Part shown: piece by piece, positions 39,651-51,336 of the stretch
How the letters are laid out: each line of letters begins with the position of its first letter
Position numbering within the stretch: the first letter of the stretch is position 1
Origin: Callorhinchus milii
Lineage: Eukaryota
Reading direction: 5' to 3'
DNA: 64,000 nt
Assembly (NCBI RefSeq): GCF_018977255.1
Contig: NW_024704742.1
Coordinates: forward strand, 49,602,001 to 49,666,000
Program-made: the position numbers and the translations under genes
Notes under the pieces: generated by a model
Databases searched by the model: none
What the model saw: only the letters and a program-made list of their open reading frames with translations
What the model was told of the DNA's origin: nothing

Positions 39651-40411
39651 AGAGGATGGAGTAATATGAAGGCTGAATTTGAGGTTTGTGTTAGCTCATT
39701 ATCTATTTTGTGAAACATATGACTACTTTCAGAAACCTTATATCGCATAATTAACTTGTGATTTTGTTGGTGCTTAGTTGTATGTATGCAGAACTTCTAG
39801 TTGTTTGTCCTATATAGTTGTTTATCCTCTTAAATGTGATTTGTGATGGATTCTACCAAAGAAATTCATGAGAGTTTTCTCTTTGTACAATAGAAGTTGA
39901 AATCCAAAAGCACACACCAATGAAACTCCCCACCTGAAATACCTTTTTCAGATACAGATTGAACTGTGAATTTCCATCATTTTTTATTTTTATTTCACAT
40001 TTCCAGCATCAGAATGCTGGCACTAGTAACACATCATTATATTCTTGTAATATTTAGGAATGCTGAAATTGTAAGTATAAAACTCTGAAATGCCTAACAG
40101 CTAATTTGTACTGTTGAAAATGATTTCAAATCACTTCAGTAGTAAAGCAAAGTTAGAAACAGCATTCATATTTCTCACTACAAATTTACTCTCCAGGGGT
40201 TTAGAGAACACTGTGCACATCCACATACTCTGGAGCCAAACACAAGAGAAGTCTTGTAACGTTAGTAAGCACTGCTGAACGGTTTGAGAGTTAAGACTGA
40301 ATCAATTTTCATTGTATTTCTACTGCGGGGTTGTGATTTGTTTTCCTGGCAAAATAGTGTTGTAAAGATGGCTTTGGCATCTGGTCTCCAACTTGCTTTA
40401 CCACAATAATA

Positions 40412-40704
40412 CTGTCAAACCAATTTTCAGTAACCAATCAGGCAACTGGACCGAAGTAGCCTTTATGTAACTTTGAGTAAGGGTTTGTTGGTGTATGTAG
40501 AATTTAAGTACAAGTATATAGAAAAATACAATGCACACACGAACCCATAAATCAAACTACTAAATAAGATGAATTTACTGCACTAAACAGGTGATTGCTG
40601 AATAGAGGTTGTTTATTGTGGAAAATCAGTTGGGACTGTTCCAAGGTGATTGCTGATAGCAGGTGGTTGCTGTATGGAGGTGGTTGCTTTAACAGGTTTG
40701 ACTG
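40412..40704. mobile_element. pogo/Tigger-type MITE with TA target sites
   Basis: ta|CTGTCAAACC...GGTTTGACTG|ta imperfect TIRs; subterminal AGGTG(G/A)TTGCT repeats x4. Confidence 0.6.
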
Positions 40705-41472
40705 TATTTGAAACTGATATATTCTGTTTTTTGCATCAATTTGGTGTTGTTTTCACATTAAATTGATGTACTAAGCCGTTGGTCACACTGGTGGTGCTCA
40801 TGATTTATGAAATAATTGTTGCAACTTCGTTCTCCTTTCAAATATTACACACAGTCAAATGAATTATTAATACCATTATGTTTTGGGCAATTGGTCAAGG
40901 TTTACCATGCAACTCAGTAATGCGCTCTTAAATGCATTTTGAGTACATGTAGCACATAGCACACAAAACAACTATAAATACTGTAGCTTGAAAAATGCAG
41001 AATACATTGTTCAATTAGAAGCTAAAAGCCTTGGCAAGATTAGATTTAGTGTTTAACTGTAATAGTAATTTCCTTCTCACTATTAGCGATCTATACTTCA
41101 GTATGAATTCACAGTCCATTATCAGCTAAAGAACCTAATTATAATTCTTCTTTAGCAGCTATTTAAATAATGATGGCTGTTATTCTACCATGAAGAAAAT
41201 TGTTCTTGGTACTGCTGTATTATTTTCCACAATTGCATTAAATTTTCACTTGAATACTTTCTTGTGAGAGAAAATGACAAATCATCATTAGTATGCTTAA
41301 ACTGTAACGGTTGTGGAATTTTTTTTTTCTTCGCATTCAAATAATGATTGCTCACCTTGTGACCTTTCATTTTGACTGCACTTTTTATCACTCCAGGCTC
41401 AGACTCCCAGCCGCCTGAGAAGTTCTGCCGACGTGAAAGGCACAATATAAATGTAAACCAATAAATGTGAAC

Positions 41473-41925
41473 CTATCACTCCCGTTCTTGCCTAGCTTCA
41501 CTGGTTCCCCATCACTCAGAGAAACCCTCGTTCTCACCTTCAAAGCTCTCTACGGTCTTGCTCCCCCCTAACTCTCCGACCTCCTGAACACATATTAGCT
41601 TGCTCGCTCCCTCTCCTCGGCGGACACCGACCTGCTTCAGATCCCCCGCACTTCCTGCCCCAGCACTGGTGATGGGGCGCTCAGCATCTCTGCCCCCAAG
41701 CTCTGGAACTCTATCCCGCATTCCCTCCGCCTCTCGCCTCCTTCCAATTCCTGTCTAAAGACCTTCCTCTTCGACCGTGCTTTCGGCCACCCTCCCACCC
41801 ATCCCACCGCCTTCCACCCCTCCTGACCTCAACTCCCAGCTCGGGTCCAAAAAACCCTGACTGTCCAGCACCCTGGGATGTCCTTCCGATGTGAAGGACG
41901 CGATACAAGTATAATTTGTTACTGT
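41473..41925 (+). mobile_element. L2 LINE 3' fragment
   Basis: Degenerate ORF2 end, 3'UTR and tail. Confidence 0.8.
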
Positions 41926-42113
41926 TGTAAAACTCTTGTTATTGATTGTTGCATCAAAGAAGGTTACCATATTCCATAGTAATATATCATATGTATAAGT
42001 AATATAAAGAGTATTGTTTCTCCTCTGGTTTTCAAGCTGATCCATTAAGCAAACCCTTCTGACCCATAGGAACACATTTTTTTTGCCCTTGAATCTTGCA
42101 CATCACCATTGGT

Positions 42114-42423
42114 GCTTCCTCCCTTTCCTCCTTCAAGGCCGGTCTCAAGACCTTTCTCTTTGACTGTGCCTTCAGCTCCTCTCGACTCTCTACCCCCTCC
42201 TCACCCCCTCCCTTCCCTCCCCTCACCCTGACCATTTCCCCCCTCCTCGCTCCCTCCCTTCCCTCCCTCACCCTGACCATGTCCCCCCTCCTCGCTTCCT
42301 CCCTTCCCTCCCCTCACCCTGACCATTTCCCCCTGCTCGGGTCCTGACCCAACTGTCCAGCGCTTTGGGACGTCCTCCCCACGTGAAAGGCGCTCTATAA
42401 ATGGAATCTTGTTGTTGTTGTTG
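42114..42423 (+). mobile_element. L2 3' end with internally triplicated 3'UTR unit
   Basis: Matches 25169-25385 (reverse complement) but with three CCCTCACCCTGACCAT units. Confidence 0.85.
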
Positions 42424-42677
42424 TGCCTTCAAAAAAACGGTGCCCTAACCTCTGGAACTCCCTGTCTTAATGCCTCCACCTCACCCCCTTATATCTATCT
42501 TTAAATTCACCTTAAGACTATCTCTTCAAATGCGTCAATGGTCACCTCTCCCTCCCCCTCCCACATGCTTGGGGTCCAACCCCACCACTGTACCACACTA
42601 TCCTGCGTGAAAGGTGCTCCATAAATGCAAATTGTTGTTGGCTCAGAAATGAAGCAATAGTTTTTCCGCTACTAGGG

Positions 42678-42709
<32 letters not shown>

Positions 42710-42781
42710 CACATGCTACAAAATCTTTCACAAGACAGATATTATAGCACGTAACAGCAAATTATTAGAATAAAAACCTCA

Positions 42782-42787
42782 TTTATT
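42782..42787 (-). terminator. candidate GUF1 polyadenylation signal AATAAA
   Basis: AATAAA on the minus strand ~445 nt past the stop, just before repeat-rich DNA resumes. Confidence 0.5.
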
Positions 42788-43231
42788 TACAGTCAAATAT
42801 ATTAAAATATACAATTGCTAAGGATGTTATGGAACATAACAAACTGGTTAACAGTGATTTTCTCAGTCCGTTTAAATTAGAGCATCTTTGAGATTCTTTC
42901 TTGATCCCAATGTTGTCTCTCTTCAATTCTCTCTGGACATAATGTCATGAGATACTCTTGGTTAAGTAAGATTGATGAAATCCTTATTGATTCATCCTGT
43001 CTGTCTCTGACATGATTCCAATTCCATTTCAGTGGATTATTCAAAGCAAATATATTTAGGAAAGTGTCCTCTTCAACAGTAATTGTCATTTTCAGCCACT
43101 CAGTGCAATCATATTTATTGTATTACATGATCTGCATTGTGGACCATAACTTGGAATACTCATATCAGAAATGTGTGCACTTTAGAGACTTCCAGTCTAT
43201 GCACCTCATCAGAAGTGTACATAGTTTTGTC

Positions 43232-43369
43232 TTACTTGTCTTTTTCCCTCTTCAATATCTTTATGAAGGCATCCTTTGGCACTTCCACATTACCAATCTT
43301 CCTCATCCTCTTCTTTCCTTCAGCTTGTCTTTTCAGAAGCTTCATTTTACGGGTTATGTCCCCACCATA
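43232..43369 (-). CDS. GUF1: GUF1 exon 17 (last coding exon, TAA stop)
   Basis: [45 protein letters not shown]. Confidence 0.95.
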   Translation of the reverse strand, partial: YGGDITRKMKLLKRQAEGKKRMRKIGNVEVPKDAFIKILKREKDK

Positions 43370-43516
43370 CTGGAAATAAATACAGACTGAAGTGAAGCTT
43401 TTAAAAATATGATACTAAGAATAACTATTTTTTGTGGTTACTTTGGGAGAGATAGGGGGGATATTGGAGCTTATTACTGTATGAGATGCACTTTACACAG
43501 TGATAACATCAGGAAC

Positions 43517-44793
43517 TGATGCCTCCCAGCTTCACTTTTTCCTCTCCTCTCACTCTCTCCATGAACCCCTCCAATCGGGTTTCTTTGCTGTCCACGGGTT
43601 TCCATGCTGTCATTAACCTCTCCCTGTCATCTGGCACTGTTCCTTCCCCCCTCAAAACAGCCACTATCACCCCCACCTTGAAGAAACCTTCCCTCGACCC
43701 GGCAAAGCTATCCAGCTACCAGCCCATCTCAAATCTCCCCTTCCTATCCAAGGTCCTTGAGAGCCGTTGCCTCCCAGCTTCGCTCTTTCCTCTCCTCTCA
43801 CTCTCTTCATGAACCCCTCCAATTGGGTTTCCGTGCTGCCTACAGCACGGAAACTGCTCTGGTCAAGGTCACAAACGACATCCTGACGGTATGTGACCAG
43901 GGCTCCCTCTGCCTCCTCGTCCTCCTCGACCTCTAAGCCGCCTTTGACACTGTGGACCACTCAGTCCTCCTCCACCGCCTCTCCTCCCACCTCAACCTTC
44001 AAGGTTCTGTCCTTGACTGGTTCAGGTCCTATCTTTCACACCGCCTCCACTTCGTCTCAGCAAATGGCTTCTCCTCCAGCCCCCGCACTGTCTCGTGCGG
44101 TGTTCCTCAAGGCTCTGTCCTCGGTCCCCTCCTCTTCACCCTCTACATGCTCCCCCTTGGTGACATCACCTGCAGACATGGGGCAAATTTCCACATGTAC
44201 TCAGATGACACCCAAATCTACCTCTCTGCCTCCACCCTCAACTCCAGGACTACTGCAGTCCTGACTGATTGCCTGTCCAACATCAAGTCCTGGACGCAGG
44301 CCAACTTTCTCCAACTCAACGTCAGCAAGACCGAGGCCCTCCTGATTGGCTCGCGCCAGAACCTCCGCACCTCAGGCGCTGGCAGCATCAGCCTCCATGG
44401 CTACAGACTCAACCTCACTAACTTGTAACTTGTTTGACCCTGAACTGTCCTTTCTCCCCCACATCCGCGCCATGACCGGCACTGCCTACCACCACCTCCT
44501 CAACATTGCCAGACTCCACCACTGCCTCACCCCTCAGGCTGCCAAAACCCTCACCCATGCATTCGTCACCTGATTACGGGAACTCCCTCCTCATCGGCCT
44601 TCCCAACTCTTCCCTTCACAAGCTGCAGATCATCCAAAACTCTGCAGCTCGTGTACTCTCACGCACCAGGCTCCGTGACCCCATCACTCCCACCCTCGCC
44701 AGTGCTCGGGCCCCAACACCTGACTGTTCAGCGCTTTGGGACGTCCTCCCGACGTGAAAGGTGCTCTATAAATGTAATTTTGTTGTTGTTGTT
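43517..44793 (+). mobile_element. 5'-truncated L2 LINE in the last GUF1 intron (antisense to gene)
   Basis: [36 protein letters not shown]; frameshifts and deletions; L2 tail with (TTG)n. Confidence 0.92.
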
Positions 44794-45234
44794 GAACTCC
44801 CTTAGTTACAGCATAGTAAAATAGTAAAATTCCTGGGCAAACCGTTTAGAGTGAACAATATCAAATATGAATTCACCTGTCAATTCATGTCACATTCTTA
44901 CACATGAAACAGGAAGAGGGTGGCAACTCAAGTCTAGTTAACATCAGCACTTTAATATGACAGAACACACATTGCAACTAAACTTCTTTGTGGTTGTGAA
45001 AGGGTTTACCGTTAATATACGCATATAGAGCACATAGTAGTGCTCTTTACAAGGTGGATAAAGGTTAAACTACATTAAAAATAAATGACATTGTGAACAT
45101 TTCAGAACTATCTGTAAATTTAAAAGCCATTAAATAATGTTTACAATGGATATTAAAAAATGTAGCAATTCAATCATTATTTGTAGCTTGTGATTATGTA
45201 AAGTCATTTTAAAATGTTTATCCCCAAATAATCC

Positions 45235-45443
45235 ATAATAATCCCTCCAAAAAAACCAAAAACAATAATAAATTGGTCATTTTCAATCCATGACTGTTTG
45301 TGGGACACTGCTGTGTGCAATTGGCTGCCGCGTTCGCCCACAAATATACAGTCAATTCACTTTACAGTATATTCTGTGAAGCTCTTTGGGACGTCTAGAA
45401 GATGTGAAAAGCGCTATATCAAATGCAAGGATTATTATTATTA
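45235..45443 (+). mobile_element. 5'-truncated young SINE
   Basis: Body and tail match the family consensus seen in the window. Confidence 0.88.
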
Positions 45444-46565
45444 TATTTTTAATTTTATAATCCTTTAACTGACTCGAGGGTAAATGATGAATTAGCTATC
45501 ATGATACCTTAAAATAAACAGTATTTGTGCCATCCTGTGGAATTTTTATGAAATGCAGCCATCAAAATACAGTGAGAGCAAGCACGCTTGTAGTACTTTC
45601 AAATAAACCAGTTTAAATGGTTGTACTCATTCTTAAACTTCTTTTTTACTGTTAAGCCTATTCCCAAATATTATCAAACAATATCCAAATTCCCAGAAAC
45701 CAATGATAAAACATGGTTTACTTTCTGGTATCTTTATCTACATTAACATAGATTTGCACACCTCATGTGTCATTTCCAGATAATTGTGTGGTAGGTTGAC
45801 ATTTAAAGATGCTCAATTTGCTCTTCTAAAGCCTATTTATCAATGCAAGTTGCTCCAGCCCAATTCCTCATAATAATGGGAGCCATGGATAAACCTCATA
45901 TTGATATTCCACAAGTTTGATGCTCTGAACTCAATGCAATAAAACAAAATTCACTGTATATCACAAGTCTATTAAAAATACAGTATTCAGTATACAACTT
46001 TGGTAATATATTTTGGTTCCCACACTAACAGTCAGTGAGCTTTCCCAAGCCCCACCACTGTGTTCCATAGTAAGGTGGCAAGAGAGTCAATGAGTGACGA
46101 TCATCAACTCCCCACCATCACGTTCAGCTTTATGTTTTACACTGAGGCACGATATTCATCACTGTACCAAGTTTCTGGACTATCATCGCAGGGGGGAGGA
46201 ATTCAACACACAACACATTCATTCTGGCATCTGGCTGGTTCAGTCCCACTTTGCCAAATCAAAGATGGTAGACCAGGCGAACAGACTACATTGTTCAGAT
46301 TGATCAATGGTATACAACACTAGTTACGTTGAAATTTACTGATCATAATTTTTAAAATGCGGTCTTACTTTTCTCATCTTAAAATAATTCAAAAATTTGT
46401 CTTAGATGGGTTTCCCATTTTGAGTATGCACAGCCATTTACATGTAAATTGTGCTATGGATCTCATCACTTTGAAAGAATAATGTTCTAAGGAGGTACTT
46501 TTTCCTGTTCAGAAAAAACACTGCATTTAAAATTATTTACACAAAAAGAAAATCAATGTACTTAC

Positions 46566-46602
46566 ACATTTTGCCAGTACGTTTTTCCTCATTGCTTTAA
46601 TG
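46566..46602 (-). CDS. GUF1: GUF1 exon 16
   Basis: (N)IKAMRKNVLAKC; poly-T CAG acceptor, GTAAGT donor; 37 nt. Confidence 0.93.
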
Positions 46603-47179
46603 CTGAAAAAAAACAATATTCAATAAGGGCTCTGATATGTATGGAACATGTAGAAATTAGTCACAAAATAATACAATTCAGTCTTTTGTGAGGTGAAACA
46701 GTGAGAGCAAAGTTCTTGTCATTTATGAATGTTTGAAGAAAACAAACTTGAGTTTCAGTTTAACGAAGTTATGTACATTCAAGTACCCACTATAGGTAAG
46801 TCGTTCAATGTAAATAGCAATTACTGTATCTGAGATTGACTTGTGGGCTGTGAGATTAAGAATGCATTTTGACACTTTTCACTTCATACAATTATTCAGT
46901 ACACATATTGAATTTGTAACATCCATCCATCCTTGATTATCAAGAAGCCGAAAAGAACCACCAGCTCCTCCTCCTTCTATGCCAGCAACCATCTCCTTTG
47001 CCCATTTCTGAGTGTGAAATGGATCCCACAGACATGAGAGACACAGAGAACCGTGAGTGTACAAGAGGGAAGAGTATGTGAGTGCAAAGTGAGAGAAGTG
47101 AGTGAGAACAGATAGGAGTGTGAATGTAAGAGGCAATTTTTTGGGGGGACAGGGTTAAAACAGAAGAGGTTTTTTTTGT

Positions 47180-47400
47180 GGTCAGCTGGGTGTCTGACAT
47201 ATGTGGAAACTCATCACCATGCTTAAGAGTATCCAGGTCAAGCTGAAATATCCATGCATCCCACCTACACATGGACATCCCAGAGATAGATTGTTGGAAT
47301 GCAATACACACACTCCCCCTGAAGAGATGCATCCTGCTTTCATAATTCCGGAAAGTCTTAGGCTCAGGTTGGCAAGAGCCAAGCCTTGGGGACCCCAGAA
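47180..47400. repeat. unclassified dispersed repeat fragment
   Basis: CATCACCATGCTTAAGAGTATCCA..CCACCTACACATGG shared with 20690 and 39166. Confidence 0.65.
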
Positions 47401-47559
47401 TAACTTGGGACAATGAGAGAAGCGACACAGAGTTGAATTGGGGGAAAGACTGACAAGAGCCCTCCTCCCTACTGCCCACCCTTAGATGGACCATGTTACT
47501 AGTTAGAAAACAACAAGGATAAATAAAGTCATAGAGCAGTGAGTCAATCTGATACTTGC

Positions 47560-47679
47560 TTTTCTCTTGCTATAATTTTACTGCCAATAGCTGCTTGGAT
47601 GGCTATTTCAAAAAGCTGTCGAGGTATTGAGTCTTTCAAACGCTCAGCTATTGCTTTACCAGCAGAATAGGCCTTCTCC
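47560..47679 (-). CDS. GUF1: GUF1 exon 15 (ends at a GC donor)
   Basis: [39 protein letters not shown]; 120 nt; only the AA|GCAAGT donor keeps frame with the next exon. Confidence 0.9.
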
Positions 47680-48327
47680 CTGCCAAAAAAATAAGTAATA
47701 ACATCATTCTCAAACTCATTTTTTGAACATTCCCACTCAATTAAAATACAAATATAGTCCAAATACAAATATTACAATTTCTTCATAGCTATTTTAATAC
47801 ATGTTTATTGTAAAAGCAACTTCACGGTGCACGAGATCTACAAAATAGGTTCTCAAGAGTTACATGGCCGCTTGACACCTCATTTATTCCTTGTTTTATT
47901 GAGAATGGTGCGATTTTAAGAGACATTTTGAATTGACTTTTTAAGATAATCAGCTGAGTCAGCAATACCATATATTTAACATTGTCTATCTCAGACAGAG
48001 CATTCGGATCAGGAAGAACAACAACAAAATGTAGTGGCTAGATAACTACAAAGGGAGAAAATAACAAATGTTCTAAAGATATTTTATTTCTTTTAAATGT
48101 ACACAGCTTTAAATAACATCATTCTTCCTTCTAACTGGAGGCCCAGTGATTTGATTGACAACCTTATCAGTTTCTACATGCATTTAGAATTGATGGTTAA
48201 ATACAGAAAATATAATGGTTTTGAACGGGTAGATAATTGAACAAAAGAAGAATTGGGGTATTTTGCTTTTTGATCCTCTTATAAGTCTTGTAAGTGCATT
48301 TGAAGCTACTTTGTTTCAGTGTCAAAC

Positions 48328-48429
48328 CTGTGCACAATGGTTGTCAGTTCCTCCACAGAATGTCCATTTAAGTAAATATCCATCTTCACCAGATCAGCTG
48401 CCTGGTGTCCTGCATCCTCATAGTCAAAA
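48328..48429 (-). CDS. GUF1: GUF1 exon 14
   Basis: [33 protein letters not shown](R); AG/GT; 102 nt. Confidence 0.95.
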
Positions 48430-48439
48430 CTGCAAGAAG

Positions 48440-48503
48440 ATAATAATAATAATAATAATCCTTGCATTTGATATAGCGCTTTTCACGTCAGGAGATGCCC
48501 AAA
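48440..48503 (-). mobile_element. SINE 3' tail fragment abutting the GUF1 exon 14 acceptor
   Basis: GACGTGAAAAGCGCTATATCAAATGCAAGGA(TTA)n. Confidence 0.85.
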
Positions 48504-49724
48504 CATTATAAAAAGACACTGGACAAGTATATATGCATGATAATTACTTAAATGCTACTTATTTTTGAAAGATATAACACCACTTTATAGTTTCAACTTT
48601 GACATTGTGCATTTTGCTGAAAAATAATGACAACATTTTAACATTAGTACAGCAGTGCTTTTGTAACCTGAAGCAAGTTGTTTCAGGGTGGATGGGAGTA
48701 GAGCAGCAGTCACAAAAAATGCATGTCTCAATTTTTTAATTAATTTAACTGTGCCTGGACCACAGAATCCTAAAGGAAATGTGCTGTTTTCAACAAGGTA
48801 TTTCATAATGTGAACCATTACCTTTTCTGTACAGTTCAGGCACTCCAGATTTGACCTGGAGCAAATTACCAAGTAAGGACAATTTAAGTTTGATCTTCAA
48901 AAGAGAATATTAGTGGTTAATTTGACTGTGGGGGCAAATGTGCCACTCCTAGTGCTGTCCCACCTGAGATCAGCTAACTATGAGATTGGGTGTTTATATT
49001 CGCAAACAGTGGCTATCAGGATGAACACTAGCTACCAATGCACTCCTGCCATTGATGAAATGTGAAAATAATTCTACAAGTGATAATAAGTCTATTGAGT
49101 TTACATTTGACTGATAGTTAGCATGTATCGTAGATATTGAAAGGACTTTCATTGCAATACATCACTGAATGGGACTCACTATTAAACAAAATACAATTCA
49201 GATGGACTATAAGGTCATTTAGTAAAAGTACAACGTGCTAAAATGGTCACTATGAACTCCACTTAGTAATAATAATAATCATCCTTGCATTTGCCTCATC
49301 AAGTCATCAAAATGTCTCAAAGCATTTACAGGATTACCTTGAAGTGTAGTGACTGTATATTTGTAGGTGAATGCATCAGCGAATTTCCGCACAGTAATGT
49401 CCCACAAACAGTCATGAAGTCAATTTTATCTAGAGGATTGTTGACCAATGACACTGGGAGAAACTCCCTTTTCTTTTTGAATGATTCCAAAAGCTCTTTA
49501 ATCACCACTTACAGTACTTACATGAGGTTTGAACGCACAAGCCTCAGAGGCTAGAGGTGCTACAAAATGAGCTGGCTGATGCCTAGCTGTATTAAATTAT
49601 TTACACTGGCCTTTAGTTGGATACAAGTTGGTAATTATGGTCATTCTAATATAGTAAAAAGAACCAGAAAGGATTTTATATTTCCACTTTATATACGGAA
49701 AAGGGACACAGCAGATATTCATAC

Positions 49725-49858
49725 CTGGCATACCCTGAAGAAAGCGATTTTAGACCATCATAAAAGTCCACCACAATTTCATTCAGAGGAAAAAGGTACT
49801 GCATCATAACTCTGTGATCATCGATGTAAACCAGGCTCTTTTGAACTCCTCTTCGACT
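49725..49858 (-). CDS. GUF1: GUF1 exon 13
   Basis: [44 protein letters not shown](S); AG/GT; 134 nt. Confidence 0.95.
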
Positions 49859-50301
49859 CTAAGAGACGGAGTTCAGTAACAGACTCTCAGTACTTTTAAA
49901 AGCTACCAATAATATAACATTAAAAATACCTCCAATCATCAGGGCCATTCTGCATGAAATTAAGCACATATGAATTTGCTAGTCGAAAGAAGACAAAGGT
50001 CCTTCTAGTTCGCTTTCCATCATCCTGGCAGTCGCATGACATGTTGTATCCCAAAATATATTGTTATCTCGATATTATTTTCAATCCCGAGATATTACTT
50101 AATAAACTATTTTTAAATTATTTTATTGTTCCTCATGCTTGTTAAAATTATTGATCAGCACATGTCTGAATCACAGAAATGTTTAATAAATGTAATATTA
50201 GAAACAAATAAATACATTTGGCAAATCAAACCTCTTCTACCATTTGATTATCCAAATTTATACTTTTAATCTTTATGCTTTATCCACACCCCATTATATA
50301 A

Positions 50302-50450
50302 GAACATAAGAATTAGGAGCAGGAGTAGGCAATTCGGCCCCTCGAGCCTGCCCCGCCATTCGATAAGATCATGGCTGATCTTCAGACCTAACTCTAATTA
50401 CCTGCGCTATCCCCATATCCCCTAATCCCTCTATTTTTTAAACATCTATC
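50302..50450 (-). mobile_element. CR1 3' end fragment
   Basis: GGAGCAGGAGTAGGCAATTCGGCCCCTCGAGCCTG...AAGATCATGGCTGATC. Confidence 0.8.
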
Positions 50451-50854
50451 CTTAATTCCAAAATATCTAATCTATTTTCTTTAGTAGTGGAATCCTCAGT
50501 TGGTGTCAAATTAACACTTTGTAGCAAATGTTCTATAATCCACCCTCATAATAAAAACAGAAGAAACAGTATTAAGCAAAATAATACTTAATCTCCTTGT
50601 TACAACTAACCTTTTCTATACAGCTTCATTTGAAACGATCCTACTGAAAACAAAACTCCAAATGAATATCCCTAATAAGAATTATTTTGCTGGTCTCCAC
50701 TGAAGTCTACCACTGAATGTCATAGCAACACAATTCAGTATTTTAATCTGCTGACAATCAATTATATAACTTGAACCATTTGATGTTTCTAAACTATTTC
50801 AATGTGTGTCGAAGTTGTAAAAGTAGACAAATGCGTCCAGATGTTTAAACATAC

Positions 50855-50998
50855 CTGGCACAGAGACATTATTTTCCCAATGTAGTCGTCAGGAGTCAGG
50901 ATAGTACCTGTGACCATTGGCTCCAAATATTCTGAAACGTGTGATTTATCAGGAAAATTGCATGGATTTAAAATTGTAATCGTCTCATTTCCAAATTC
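50855..50998 (-). CDS. GUF1: GUF1 exon 12
   Basis: EFGNETITILNPCNFPDKSHVSEYLEPMVTGTILTPDDYIGKIMSLCQ; AG/GT; 144 nt. Confidence 0.95.
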
Positions 50999-51203
50999 CT
51001 GAGAGAACCAAATAGAAATATTATATATTATGTGAAATTTAAAAAAGCAAAAACTATTTTGCTGAAAGATTTGAAGTGCAGGAAAAAAGCAATGTAGCAG
51101 TACTATATTTAGAATGCAACTTAAGATTCAGACTCTAAATGCAATACTGGTAAAGATAAAACTTAACACACCACTGATTTGTTAATTGAAAGAATGTCAT
51201 TAC

Positions 51204-51336
51204 CTTGATTAACTTGCTGGATGACAGAAGAGCCTTGTAGGGAACAGTAGGAGCAGTCATAATGACAGAAGCATTGTACTCTTGTTCTAAACGTTGATTG
51301 AATACTTCCATGTGGAGAAGCCCCAGAAACCCCAAC
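51204..51336 (-). CDS. GUF1: GUF1 exon 11
   Basis: [48 protein letters not shown]; 133 nt. Confidence 0.95.

Noticed and set aside
47554..47555. Canonical GT donor for GUF1 exon 15
   Set aside because: It adds 4 nt and shifts exons 16-17 out of frame.
48940..49050. LF-SINE-like fragment (GAGATCAGCTAACT)
   Set aside because: Motif too short and degraded to support a call.
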